DNA from: Planctomycetota bacterium
GTDB taxonomy: Bacteria; Planctomycetota; PLA2; JAEUHO01
Length of the DNA: 64,000 nt
Direction: 5' to 3'
Assembly (NCBI GenBank): GCA_965222115.1
Contig: CBDCTJ010000007.1
Location: 2,528,001 to 2,592,000 of the forward strand
The position numbers and the translations under genes were made by a program. Positions 29,138 to 39,093 of the stretch are shown here, piece by piece. Every line of letters begins with the position of its first letter. Within the stretch, counting starts at the first letter, position 1. The notes beneath the pieces are model-generated. The model was given only the letters and a program-made list of their open reading frames with translations, had not been told where the DNA came from and did not search any database.

Positions 29138-30560
29138 GGCTCTACTGCTCTTTGTGTGGGTCGTACATTTGCGATTTCTTGTCCTGCCGCCCCTAAGAGG
29201 GCGCGGACGGCAGGAAAAGAAATGATGTTTGTTTGAACAGGCTGTCACAACCTAGAGGTGCCCACGGGACTCATGTTTCTTTGTTGGTTACGAAATCGAC
29301 AAATCAACAGAGGAGCCCCATGCGCGCCACCACGTTATTGCATCGGATGATCGATGTCCCGGGGATGTACGTCCGATCGGTAGATTTTTCGCTGCGTGGC
29401 GTGATCGCCACGGTGTCTCCGCGCCATCGCCTGCCTCGTTGCAGTGGGTGTGGGGAAAGGGCCCCGGGCTACGATCGGCTGAGATCTAGGTTTTGGCGCC
29501 ACCTGGGGATCGGTTCTACGCGAGTGTGGTTCAGATACTCACCGCGTCGCGTGAACTGCTCCCGTTGCGGCGTGCGAGCCGAGCAAGTGCCGTGGGCTGA
29601 GGCTCAGAGCCGATTCACAAAGGATTTCGAGGAAATGGTGGCGTACTTAGTTCGAACGACGGACAAGACGCAGGTCTCAGTCCAAATGGGCGTGACGTGG
29701 CGAACGGTTGGTTCCATCGTCACGCGTGTCGTCGCGAAACGCCAGGATCCCGACCGACTCTCGAATCTGCGCTGGATTGGCATGGATGAGTTCAGCCATC
29801 TTCGCGGACACAACTTCATTACGTTGGTTGTCGATCACGATCGTCGCCGCGTGGTGTGGGCAGCCGAAGGGAAGGATTCAGCGACGCTACGCAAGTTTTT
29901 CGAAGAGATATCGCCGGAGGACGCTGCCAAGATCGAAGGTGTAACGACGGATCTGGCGGGATGGAACCGCAAAGCCATTGCGACACACATCCCTCAAGCC
30001 CAAGTTGTATTCGATCGCTTTCACATCCAGAAGCTAGCAGGCGTGGCACTCGATGAAGTACGCCGCGAACAGCTACGAGAACTTCGAGGCACTGATCAAG
30101 GTCGGTTCATTTTCTACTCGCGTTACGCAATCCTAAAGAACTACTGTGACCTCGATTCGAAGCAGCGGACCAAGCTCAGCGAGATCGAGCGGACGAACAA
30201 GAAGCTGTATCGCGCTTATCTCCTAAAGGAGTCGCTTGGTGCGGCACTGGATTACCTTCAACCGAAGCGAGCTCGGCGCGCCCTTCGTGAGTGGCTGGCT
30301 TGGGCGTCGCGATCCAAACTCAAACAGTTCGTGCGATTGGCCAAAACGCTTCGGGAGCACTTCGATGGCATCATCGCCTACATCAGTTGCCGCATGACCA
30401 ACGGCATCGTGGAAGGCATCAACAATCGGCTCCGCATGGTGGCTCGACGAGCATACGGATTTCACAGCGCCAAGGCGCTGATCTCTATGTTGTTCCTGTG
30501 CAACGGCGGCATCGAACTCCATCCGAAGTTGCCATGACCCACATGAAGAGCAGGAGACTC
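29138..30560 (+). mobile_element. Intact ISL3-family insertion sequence (1423 bp)
   Basis: 25-bp imperfect terminal IRs: GGCTCTACTGCTCTTTGTGTGGGTC (29138..29162) and 30536..30560; 8-bp target duplication GGAAATTC at 29130..29137 and 30561..30568. Confidence 0.95.
29320..30537 (+). CDS. ISL3 family transposase
   Basis: CxxC zinc fingers (CSGC, CSRC), IGMDE, TTDL, DRFH and TNGIVEGINN...RRAYGF; GAGGAG RBS before the ATG at 29320. Confidence 0.95.
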   Translation: MRATTLLHRMIDVPGMYVRSVDFSLRGVIATVSPRHRLPRCSGCGERAPGYDRLRSRFWRHLGIGSTRVWFRYSPRRVNCSRCGVRAEQVPWAEAQSRFTKDFEEMVAYLVRTTDKTQVSVQMGVTWRTVGSIVTRVVAKRQDPDRLSNLRWIGMDEFSHLRGHNFITLVVDHDRRRVVWAAEGKDSATLRKFFEEISPEDAAKIEGVTTDLAGWNRKAIATHIPQAQVVFDRFHIQKLAGVALDEVRREQLRELRGTDQGRFIFYSRYAILKNYCDLDSKQRTKLSEIERTNKKLYRAYLLKESLGAALDYLQPKRARRALREWLAWASRSKLKQFVRLAKTLREHFDGIIAYISCRMTNGIVEGINNRLRMVARRAYGFHSAKALISMLFLCNGGIELHPKLP

Positions 30561-30818
30561 GGAAATTCTCAACGTTTTTTACATAGAAAACAACCGTGTT
30601 CTTACCAGTACACCGCGTTTGAACGACGCGTCAATCACGATCAAAGATAGCTTGCTTGCGGCTTTGCGAGTTTGGAACACCGTTTGTTGTGAACGCTTGT
30701 TGCATAAATTCGTGTGTGACACAACCGACACGCGTGCGTTACACAAGCAGTCTCGTATGCGCGTGCGGTAGCGCGGACGCATGACGACATGTGAATGCAA
30801 CCGAGGGCACTAAAATTC

Positions 30819-30926
30819 CGCCGCCCATTCAGGGCGGGATGATTGGGTGTGGGTGCAAACCCAGGGTTTCGCGCCGCTTCGCTTGCGCTACACCCTGGGC
30901 TATTGACCCGTGGCCCCTGCGGGGCC
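30819..30926. repeat. REP-like multi-palindrome element
   Basis: Palindromes CCGCCCattcaGGGCGG, ACCCAGGGT...ACCCTGGGC and GGCCCCtgcGGGGCC within ~110 bp of intergenic DNA. Confidence 0.6.
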
Positions 30927-31206
30927 GTTGACTGTTTCGTGTAACGCAACCGGCGAGGACATTGATTCTCTTTGTTAGATCCGTCCAGAGTCAAACCGAT
31001 TGCGAACCGTTCTACGTATCAATGATTCGCGTTCACCGTCGCTTGCGCCCTCTGCGGTCCCCGCTTCTCTGCGCGCGGGTACAAACGACTTCACCGGAGA
31101 CGCGCCGTGTCTCGGTGGCGCTTTCGTTCCTTTGCTTCTAAGTGTGACATCTAAGAAAGCTATCTGCTTGCAACCCATTCCACAGTTCCGCGATTCGCGC
31201 CAATCA

Positions 31207-31628
31207 ACGCTTGCGCTCTCTGCGTCTCTGCAATTTGGCGTCTCCGCGTGAGATGAATCACGTGCGACCGCACAGGACCCGCTCACACTCCACATAAAGT
31301 GTGAATTCGGCCCTGACACAGTATCGCGGAGTCTTTCCAGCCAGGTACGTGTATGAAAATCAGACACCATGTCGTTGTTGCCCAGTTCACGCGCCTCTTG
31401 ATTCGGCCCCTCGATGCGCACCGCGCGAATCAGAGATTCACTTGTGCTTACTCGGGATCTCCGATTCGCCGGGTCTTCGACCGGACAAATCTCCGACACG
31501 ATTCTTGACGTGTTTACACATCCTGTCGCGGAGTCTACAGGAGCTCGACTCCGCCCATGCCAAGACGCGCTCCCCACGCTTGCGCCCTCCGCGCCTCGGC
31601 AACTTGGCGTCCCTGCGTGAGATAAATC
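31207..31628. repeat. Two 53-bp imperfect direct repeats with internal ~9-nt (CTCTGCG-like) periodicity
   Basis: 31207..31259 vs 31576..31628, about 8 mismatches by eye; a partial third copy lies near 31041. Confidence 0.7.
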
Positions 31629-31650
31629 GCCTACGACGACAAGCGTGCCG

Positions 31651-32664
31651 CTACTTCTGCAGGTTCGACGGCACCCCGTTGGGGAAGATCTCCTTGATGC
31701 GCTGCTCGATTACGGCGATTCGCTTCTCGGATGGGGGGTGCGTGCTGAGCATGGCGGGGGGCTTGCGACCGCCACTTGCTTCCGCAAGGATCTTCATTAC
31801 GCCGATCAGCGCGCGCGGGTCATAGCCGGCTTTCACCAACAGGTCCACGCCTATGCGATCGCTCTCGAGTTCGTCTTCACGACCATACTTCATATTGATC
31901 ATGTTACCGATCATCTGAATTACGCCCTTGCTGCGTCGGCTCGCCGGGTTGCGTGGATCGTAGGTGGCGATGACGGCCGCGCCGCTCAACCCTTGGGTCA
32001 GTTGGGCCTTGGCCATCTTTTGGGCACCATGACGCGCGAGAACATGACCGATCTCGTGACCCAATACGCCTGCAAGTTGGCCTTCGGTTCGAAGGCGTGT
32101 CAAAAGTGCATCGGTGATGAACACTTGCCCACCCGGTAGCGCAAAGGCATTGACGGTGTTCGGGTCGGCCAAACAGTGGAAGTTGTACTGATAGTTTTCC
32201 ATGGTCTTGGGCTCGGCGCGCAGAAGGCGCTGACCCACCGACGTCACGGCGTCTTGTTTACGATAGTCCTGGTGAAGTCCGCCGTGCTGCGCGGCCATCT
32301 GAGGGGCGGCTTGGAGTCCAAGCGCGCGCTCTTGTTCCACGGTCATTTTTCCAACGAACTGTTGTTCACCCGTAAAGGGATTGGTTTCACACGACTTGAG
32401 GTACATGAACAAGGGAATCGCAGCCACAACAAGGGCAAGCAGGAAGCGACCCTTTAAGAGTTTCCCAATGCCTCCCAATCCGCCGCTTGGACGTTGGGGC
32501 ACGCGCTGCCCTCCGGTGGGCATCGGCATGGGCGAACGTCGGTAACGAGGATCGGTGTAACGGGGGTCTTGGTAGCGCGGGTCCACGCGTCGCTGGGGAA
32601 AGGGTTGTCCCGAGTAGCCACCGCCGTATTGCGGTTGCCTTGATCCTCGTTGTCCAAATGGCAT
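31651..32664 (-). CDS. M48 family zinc metalloprotease
   Basis: VNAFALPGG, LAGVLGHEIGH (HExxH), YGREDELESD and LSTHP motifs; AGGAG RBS. Confidence 0.93.
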   Translation of the reverse strand: MPFGQRGSRQPQYGGGYSGQPFPQRRVDPRYQDPRYTDPRYRRSPMPMPTGGQRVPQRPSGGLGGIGKLLKGRFLLALVVAAIPLFMYLKSCETNPFTGEQQFVGKMTVEQERALGLQAAPQMAAQHGGLHQDYRKQDAVTSVGQRLLRAEPKTMENYQYNFHCLADPNTVNAFALPGGQVFITDALLTRLRTEGQLAGVLGHEIGHVLARHGAQKMAKAQLTQGLSGAAVIATYDPRNPASRRSKGVIQMIGNMINMKYGREDELESDRIGVDLLVKAGYDPRALIGVMKILAEASGGRKPPAMLSTHPPSEKRIAVIEQRIKEIFPNGVPSNLQK

Positions 32665-32702
32665 TTGAAATCTCCTGACAGTCGGTCCGAGCGGAACGGC
32701 GT

Positions 32703-34658
32703 CTAGGCCCCATCGGGGGCCAACGCGTTCTCCAGCTCGACCCACTCTTCATAACATAGTTCGAGGTCCGCGCGGGCTTGCTCCAGAGCCCGGAGGATCT
32801 CGTCGGGCGATTCGTCCGCTCTATCGGGGTTGCTGCTATAGGCCCGCTCCAACGAGGCTGCGAGTGTCGTCACCTTGGGTTCAAGCTCGGCGATCTTGGC
32901 CTCGAGGGTTCGATGGCGACTCTGAAGTCGATTTCGTTCGCGTTTCTTGGTGCGCTCGGCCTCGAATGCGGCCCGGGCACTAGCCTTCTCCGCCTCTCGG
33001 TCCTCGTTGCGATTGGCGAGCGCCTGCGCGCGCGGCGGTTCGCGCCGCGTCTGCCACCACTCCGCAAAGGAACAGCGATGATCGGCCAGCGCGAGGTCTT
33101 TCACCTCAACGACACGCTCAACCAACTTGTCGAGGAAATAGCGATCGTGACTGATGACGAGCAAGGTGCCTTCAAACTCTTGAAGCATGTCTTCCAACTG
33201 CTCACACGCCTCGATGTCCAGATGGTTCGTGGGCTCATCCAACATGAGGAAGTTCACGTCGTTGCTCACAAGCCGTGCGAGCTGTAGCCGACTCTTCTCG
33301 CCTCCCGAAAGCGTGGTCACAGCACGCCCGAGGTCTTCGCGGGTGAACATAAAGCGGTGCAATGTGTCGCGGGCGTCGGCCGGTTGAAGTCCGCTGGCCT
33401 CCACAAGCCAGTCTTCGAGTGTGCCACCCTCGACCACGTCGTCGTGCAATTGTCGATATTCATCGACGATCACCGACTTACCGAGGCGCAAGGTGGGGTG
33501 TTCCCAATGCCCCTGTTCCAAGATGGCCCGAAACAACGTGGACTTCCCCGCGCCGTTGGGGCCCACCAGACAAACCCGTTCTCCGTATTCGATTTCAAGC
33601 GATGCTCGGTCAAAGAGCACGCGATCGCCGTAGGCGAAGGAGAAGTCGTTGATCTGGAGTGCAATGCGTCCGTGGCGTCCGCTCGTACTTACGCTGGCTG
33701 AGAATCGTCGCTTGATGTCGGTGGGTGCTTCGATCTTCTCCATGCGCTCGATGCGTTTGAGCATGGATTTGGCACGTTTGGCTTGAGCTGGATCATCGTA
33801 CGCGTTGGCCATGTCCCGAAGCCGTCGTGCTTGAAACTCGATTCGTTGAATGAGCCGTTGTTGCACCTTGTATTGCCGCGCCTGCAAGGCAAGCGCCTCT
33901 TCCCGCTGGCGGACAAATTCGGAGTAGTTGCCCTTCCACGCGTGAATCTTTGCGCGTCGCAATTCCCAAATGGACTGTGCGACGGCGTCCAGGACATGCC
34001 GGTTGTGACTGACCATGACCACGGCCGAATCCATTTTTCGAATGAACCGAATGAACCATTCGACGCCGTCCATGTCGAGATGGTTCGAGGGCTCGTCAAG
34101 CAACAACACATCGGGGCGCGAAAGCAGCGCGCGGGCAAGTCCTATGACGTTTCGCTCCCCGCCCGAGAAACGCGCGAGGTCCTTGTGCCAGGATGACTCC
34201 GGAACACCCAACTGCGTAAGCATGGTCTTAATGCGTCGTTCTACATCATAGATCCCCGATTGCTCCTGTTCTCGTTGCAACGCCTCGTACGTTCGAAGCA
34301 ATGGATCCGACGGCTCCCGGTCGTGCCCGTCTGCAAGCCGCGCCTCAATCTCCCGAAGTCGAGACTCGCGCATTGCCTCATCTTCAAACGCGGACTGCAT
34401 GAACTCGAAGACCGTTGCCCCGACGCTCGTGTCGAGCTCTTGCGCTTGATACGCAATTCGAACCGCGCCGTTGGCTGTGACCGATCCGGATGTGGGCGCA
34501 AGCTGCCCCGCGATCAAACGAAGCAATGTGGACTTTCCGCTCCCATTTGGACCAATGAGTCCGACGCGGCACCCGCGCTCGATCTTGACGTTAACGCCAT
34601 CAAGCAAGACGGGGCCGCCGAAGTGCATCGACAAGCCATTGGCCGCTACCAGGGTCAT
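32703..34658 (-). CDS. ABC-F family ATPase (Uup/YheS-like)
   Basis: Two ABC domains (GPNGSGKST/FSGGE/LLDEP; GPNGAGKST/LSGGEK/LDEPTNHLD), no TM segments, C-terminal coiled coil. Confidence 0.95.
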   Translation of the reverse strand: MTLVAANGLSMHFGGPVLLDGVNVKIERGCRVGLIGPNGSGKSTLLRLIAGQLAPTSGSVTANGAVRIAYQAQELDTSVGATVFEFMQSAFEDEAMRESRLREIEARLADGHDREPSDPLLRTYEALQREQEQSGIYDVERRIKTMLTQLGVPESSWHKDLARFSGGERNVIGLARALLSRPDVLLLDEPSNHLDMDGVEWFIRFIRKMDSAVVMVSHNRHVLDAVAQSIWELRRAKIHAWKGNYSEFVRQREEALALQARQYKVQQRLIQRIEFQARRLRDMANAYDDPAQAKRAKSMLKRIERMEKIEAPTDIKRRFSASVSTSGRHGRIALQINDFSFAYGDRVLFDRASLEIEYGERVCLVGPNGAGKSTLFRAILEQGHWEHPTLRLGKSVIVDEYRQLHDDVVEGGTLEDWLVEASGLQPADARDTLHRFMFTREDLGRAVTTLSGGEKSRLQLARLVSNDVNFLMLDEPTNHLDIEACEQLEDMLQEFEGTLLVISHDRYFLDKLVERVVEVKDLALADHRCSFAEWWQTRREPPRAQALANRNEDREAEKASARAAFEAERTKKRERNRLQSRHRTLEAKIAELEPKVTTLAASLERAYSSNPDRADESPDEILRALEQARADLELCYEEWVELENALAPDGA

Positions 34659-34771
34659 TGGCAGAGGATACCCACGCACGCGAAATCAGGCTAGCCGTGG
34701 ATTGCATCGACTGGACGTGTTTCAATTTTCTGTTTCGCAGGTACGATTCCCGTCGCGGGAGACTGAATTCA

Positions 34772-37700
34772 TTGAATGCGTCCGCTGATTTTCGTGACTT
34801 GCTCTTTGCGGATGTGGCGCTGGTCGAGGGACACGCTTCCGCGCGACACGTAGCCGCCGCACTGCTCAAGTATTGGGATCGACGTGATCGCGTCGAACGC
34901 TCGTTGGCCGACGAACTTGCCACAACGGCAGGGATTGGCGAGGCCGATATGGCGGCCATCAGCAAGCGTGTCGAGGAATTGGTGTCGGCCGCAAACGGAG
35001 ATCCTCGCCTGGCCGTCACGGAGCGCGGCGGACTCACCCATGAATTGCACGTGGCGGTGTCGCGCCAAGATCATCAGGCTTCACGGCAACTCACCGAACT
35101 CGGCGCCGGCATTCGCTTCGAGTTGCGCGAGCTACCCAAGGATCGCTATCTCGACTTTATGCCCGTGGGCGAGGGCGGGATGGGAATCGTGTATTGGGCG
35201 ATGGACACGGAGCTCGGACGTCAAGTCGCGTTCAAAGTCGTTCGGCCACCTACGGAGGGCATGGGCTCCGGCGTCACACCCCCTGCGCCGCTCCACATGC
35301 AGGCACCGAGCAAAGGCGACCGCTCCACGTCGGCGTTTGAAGAGCTAAAAGCTCGCTTTCTTCAAGAGGCTTGGGTTACGGGCGGTATGGAGCATCCCGG
35401 TATTGTGCCGGTGTATGAGATCGGTCGAACGCGTGGTGGCGTGCCCTACTACACGATGCGTTTCGTCCGCGGGCACCGAACACTTGAAACCGCTCTCGAC
35501 GAACGACGTGCTCGCGGCTTTGACACTCGCATTGAGCTCTTAGAGCCCTTCTTGCGTGTGTGCGATGCCATCGCCTACGCGCACAACCGCGGTGTGATTC
35601 ACCGCGATCTTAAACCCGCCAACGTTGCGCTTGGTGAGTACGGCGAAGCCGTGGTGTTGGACTGGGGTCTTGCCAAGCTCGGCGCACAACCCGACGTCTT
35701 TGCCAGTCGTTGGCAAGAAAAAGTATCGGACTTTCGGGACGCGGCATCCATGAAGACGATGACGTCTGCGTTGGGCACGCCGGGGTATATGTCGCCTGAA
35801 GCAGCCGCCGGGCGCATCGATGAAGTCGGCGCGTCATCCGACGTCTACAGCCTCGGTGTCATGCTGTTTGAGATTGCCACGGGTGTACGACCCTTCGAGT
35901 TCAAAAGTTTCGAAGAATATGCGTCCAAGGTGAACGCAACCGATGCACCGGACGCGTCCACGGTGGAGCCAGCCGTTCCTGCCGATCTTGCGGCGATCTG
36001 CGCTTCGGCGTTGGCGCGTCACCCATCTCGACGACCGAACGACGTGGCCACGCTCGCTACACAGATTCGCAATTGGCAACGGGACCGCGCGACCAAAGCC
36101 GAAGTGCGGGGCATACTCGCGGAAGCCGAACTCGCCCTTGAAGACAATCCGTCACTTTCCCCGCTTGAAATGACGCGACACGCCGAACGTGCCACCGTGG
36201 CATGCCAACGCGTCCTAGCGAGACGACCCGACGACTCACGCGCCAAGGTGTTGCTTGCAAAGGCCCACACCTTGCGCGACGAGAGCATCCGCGCCCGGGC
36301 ACGCCGCTCCCAAAAGATGTTTCTTCGGAAGCTCGCACTGGGTGCGCTTGCGGGCCTTGCCGTTGTGGGAGCCGCAGTGGCGTACCTCATGAATGTGGAG
36401 CGCCAGAAAGCCGAAGACGCGCGACATGTGGCCAAGGCAGAGCGCGACAACGCCCAGCGACACCGGCAGCGAGCCGAGGAGGCGATTGGGTTCATTACCG
36501 AAGAGCTGCGGGATCAACTGGAGCCAGAGGGCAGACTTGACATCCTGGCGACGATCGCCGAACGCGCGCGCGCCCATTTTGAGTCCATTCCCGTGGAGAC
36601 GGATCACGAGGAGAGTTTCGCGCTGCGTATGCGTGCGCTGCGTCAGTTGGGCGAAGTCAACTTGGCCCGCGGTGACTTGGAGGGAGCGCGCCGCGCGTTT
36701 CAGGAAGCCGTTAGCGAATGCGACAAGCGCTTGGTCGTCCATGGGCGTGATGCGCGCACTGTGTTTGAACGGAATCGCGCGGTTTCGAACGTCGCGCGCG
36801 TTGACTTAGCTCAGGGCTTCCCGCGGCGTGGCGCCGACAAGCTCCAAGCGGTGGTTGAGGCGCTCAATGACGAGCCATTTGATGGCATTGGGCAGAATGA
36901 CTTGACGAAAACTCGGGTGCGTGCGCAAATCGCACTGGCCCACTCGCTGCGAGGGGTGTCTGACCGAGACACGGCCAATGAGGTGGCCAGCGTCGCGCTG
37001 AAGGAAGCGGAGTCTTGGTTGTCCCGACACCCCACGGATCTCGATGCGCTGCGCCTTGCAGCGGAGGCCGGGATGTCGACTGCGCTTATGGCGTATCTCA
37101 CCAATAACGCGCAGCGGAGCGACTTGATCATCAATCTAGCGGTTACGCGCGCGAAGATGATGCGATCCAATCGCGTCGACAATAAGTCCATCGCAGCGTT
37201 TGCTGCACACGTGCTGGGTCGCAAGGCATGGCTTTGCCGATACACCCGCCGGCACGAAGAAGCCGAGCAGATCCTGGTTCCCGCCATCGAGATCATGAAG
37301 CGGCTCACACGGGAACGCCCGAGCAACATGGCGTGGCGCGCGCAGTTGGCGTATTTGCTCCTGACGTTAGGTGACGCCAGGGCGCGATCCAATCGGGAAT
37401 ACACACAGGGGTTTGACGCATTTACTCAGTCCTACGACACGTTCAAGGAACTTCATGCGCGAGACCCCTCCAACGCGAGTTGGATTCATGCACTCATCAC
37501 ACTATGCGATCGGCACGCCGCCATTGCCGCCAAGGCCGATCCGCGTGACGCTGTGGCCGAACTTCGCTTTCGGCGTCAGGCCATTCAGTTCGCAGAAGCG
37601 CTTTCTGCGCTTGAGCCTGAGAATCCTCGGTGGCGATTTTTGGTCGTGTGGACAACGTCGGCCGCCCTTGTGCTAGAACGAGATCCCCAGCGAATCAAGC

Positions 37701-38167
37701 AGGGCCGGAAGGAAGCTCGCCAGCAATGTCGCTACGTCATGCGTCGCATCGTAGATGCAACGGACGTTCTTGAAACATGGCAACTGCTCTCAATCAGTGC
37801 ATGCAGTGATGAGCAGGATCCACTCGCGCGCATTGCGATTGCCGCGGATGGGTTGCGCGAGTTCAGGCGTGCTACACAGTCAAAGGGTGCGACGGTGCTT
37901 ACCCACAAATTCCTCGGTGCGTACGTACACAACATCGCGGGTATTCTTGCGGCATCAGGCGAAGATGGCATTGATGAGGTCCGCCGACAACAGGCACTCG
38001 TTCGCTCGTGGTACCAGGCGGAAATTGACGGTCGCGGGCGCACCGACGATGCATGGAAACGCGCCATCACGGGCTATCTGGCGCGCCTCAATGAGCTCGA
38101 CGTCGATTCGCTCGCCGCCAAGGACAAGGAAGGCGAGAACGAGGACGACGAGAACAAAGAAGACTAG
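34772..38167 (+). CDS. Ser/Thr protein kinase with TM and TPR-like C-terminal region
   Basis: GEGGMGIVY, VAFK, HPGIVPVY, IHRDLKPAN, LDWGLAK and GTPGYMSPE motifs. A TTG start at 34772 (after GGGAGA) is inferred. Confidence 0.93.
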   Translation: MNASADFRDLLFADVALVEGHASARHVAAALLKYWDRRDRVERSLADELATTAGIGEADMAAISKRVEELVSAANGDPRLAVTERGGLTHELHVAVSRQDHQASRQLTELGAGIRFELRELPKDRYLDFMPVGEGGMGIVYWAMDTELGRQVAFKVVRPPTEGMGSGVTPPAPLHMQAPSKGDRSTSAFEELKARFLQEAWVTGGMEHPGIVPVYEIGRTRGGVPYYTMRFVRGHRTLETALDERRARGFDTRIELLEPFLRVCDAIAYAHNRGVIHRDLKPANVALGEYGEAVVLDWGLAKLGAQPDVFASRWQEKVSDFRDAASMKTMTSALGTPGYMSPEAAAGRIDEVGASSDVYSLGVMLFEIATGVRPFEFKSFEEYASKVNATDAPDASTVEPAVPADLAAICASALARHPSRRPNDVATLATQIRNWQRDRATKAEVRGILAEAELALEDNPSLSPLEMTRHAERATVACQRVLARRPDDSRAKVLLAKAHTLRDESIRARARRSQKMFLRKLALGALAGLAVVGAAVAYLMNVERQKAEDARHVAKAERDNAQRHRQRAEEAIGFITEELRDQLEPEGRLDILATIAERARAHFESIPVETDHEESFALRMRALRQLGEVNLARGDLEGARRAFQEAVSECDKRLVVHGRDARTVFERNRAVSNVARVDLAQGFPRRGADKLQAVVEALNDEPFDGIGQNDLTKTRVRAQIALAHSLRGVSDRDTANEVASVALKEAESWLSRHPTDLDALRLAAEAGMSTALMAYLTNNAQRSDLIINLAVTRAKMMRSNRVDNKSIAAFAAHVLGRKAWLCRYTRRHEEAEQILVPAIEIMKRLTRERPSNMAWRAQLAYLLLTLGDARARSNREYTQGFDAFTQSYDTFKELHARDPSNASWIHALITLCDRHAAIAAKADPRDAVAELRFRRQAIQFAEALSALEPENPRWRFLVVWTTSAALVLERDPQRIKQGRKEARQQCRYVMRRIVDATDVLETWQLLSISACSDEQDPLARIAIAADGLREFRRATQSKGATVLTHKFLGAYVHNIAGILAASGEDGIDEVRRQQALVRSWYQAEIDGRGRTDDAWKRAITGYLARLNELDVDSLAAKDKEGENEDDENKED

Positions 38168-38182
38168 GGCAGGAGATACCCC

Positions 38183-38896
38183 ATGCCAATTATTGAAACG
38201 TCCCGGCGACTGCGCTCGATTATCACACGCAAGTCGCTCCTACCCAAGTTAGCCGATCGAGAAAGCGCCTCATGGTCGGAGAGTTGGCAGTTGCTCTTTT
38301 CGCTCTATACACCCGCCATGGTGCGGTACGTGTCGAGTGTGTTGTCACGCGCGCTCAAGCGCCCCGCGGATCCTGATGAAGCACAGGATATTGTGCAAGA
38401 CTACTTTTCAATGTGCATTGAGAAGGGCTGGCTCACACGAGATGTCGAGTCCATCCGATGCTTTCGTGCCTATCTCCAGACACACCTCAAGCGCTTCGTC
38501 TACAAACACCTCGACAAGAAGTTCGCCCAAAAACGACACTCCGGCGCGCTTGCGTCTGCCGAAGCCCTTGAAGGCGTCATGGGCGACAGCCTCGACCCCT
38601 CCGCCGTAGAGTTGGATGAAGGGTGGGTCGCCGTTGCCATTGAGCAGGCACTGGCAGAACTTCGTGGTGGCAACGAACTCTATGCCGAAGTCATTGCCGA
38701 CCTCTTGCGCACGGACGGCGAAGGAAGTCATGATCTCGGTGAGCGTTTAGGGCAGAGCAGCAAGCAACTTACGCACCTCCGCCATCGTGCCCGCAAGCGC
38801 TTTGGCGCCTTGTTTCACGAACATTTGCGGCAAACGGTACTTGATGACGATGCGTTCGAGGAGTTGTGTGTTCGTTTGGAGTCCTATCTCCCCTAA
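38183..38896 (+). CDS. ECF-type RNA polymerase sigma factor (kinase-associated type)
   Basis: TRKSLL, W...Y.P...Y, DEAQDIVQDYF, FRAYL and a C-terminal HTH (LGERLGQSSKQLTHLRHRARKRF). Confidence 0.8.
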   Translation: MPIIETSRRLRSIITRKSLLPKLADRESASWSESWQLLFSLYTPAMVRYVSSVLSRALKRPADPDEAQDIVQDYFSMCIEKGWLTRDVESIRCFRAYLQTHLKRFVYKHLDKKFAQKRHSGALASAEALEGVMGDSLDPSAVELDEGWVAVAIEQALAELRGGNELYAEVIADLLRTDGEGSHDLGERLGQSSKQLTHLRHRARKRFGALFHEHLRQTVLDDDAFEELCVRLESYLP

Positions 38897-39093
38897 TCTG
38901 AAGCTGAATCTGTTTCCTTGTCCTTATCCCCTTCTGCTCCACCCGCAGCCCAGCCTTGGCTTGATGGCCACACAGAGAAGTTCCCAAAGTCTTTGCGCGC
39001 GAGCTAGCTAAGAAGGGTGCGGGGAGAAGGAATAGAGTTGGGCGAGTGATTCAGATTTAGGTTCAGAGAGGGAGAAGGAGAAGGAGGAAGGGG
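38895..39093. terminator. Long imperfect inverted repeat between convergent genes; possible bidirectional terminator
   Basis: Pyrimidine-rich left arm and purine-rich right arm are partly complementary (ctgaatc/gattcag; ccttct..ccgca..cttggc/gctaag..tgcgg..agaagg). Confidence 0.4.

Noticed and set aside
30975-31577. 200-aa ORF as a real gene
   Set aside because: No recognisable motif, atypical composition, and it overlaps repeat elements.
31041-31628. CRISPR array
   Set aside because: Only 2-3 imperfect repeats with long irregular spacing, and no cas genes.
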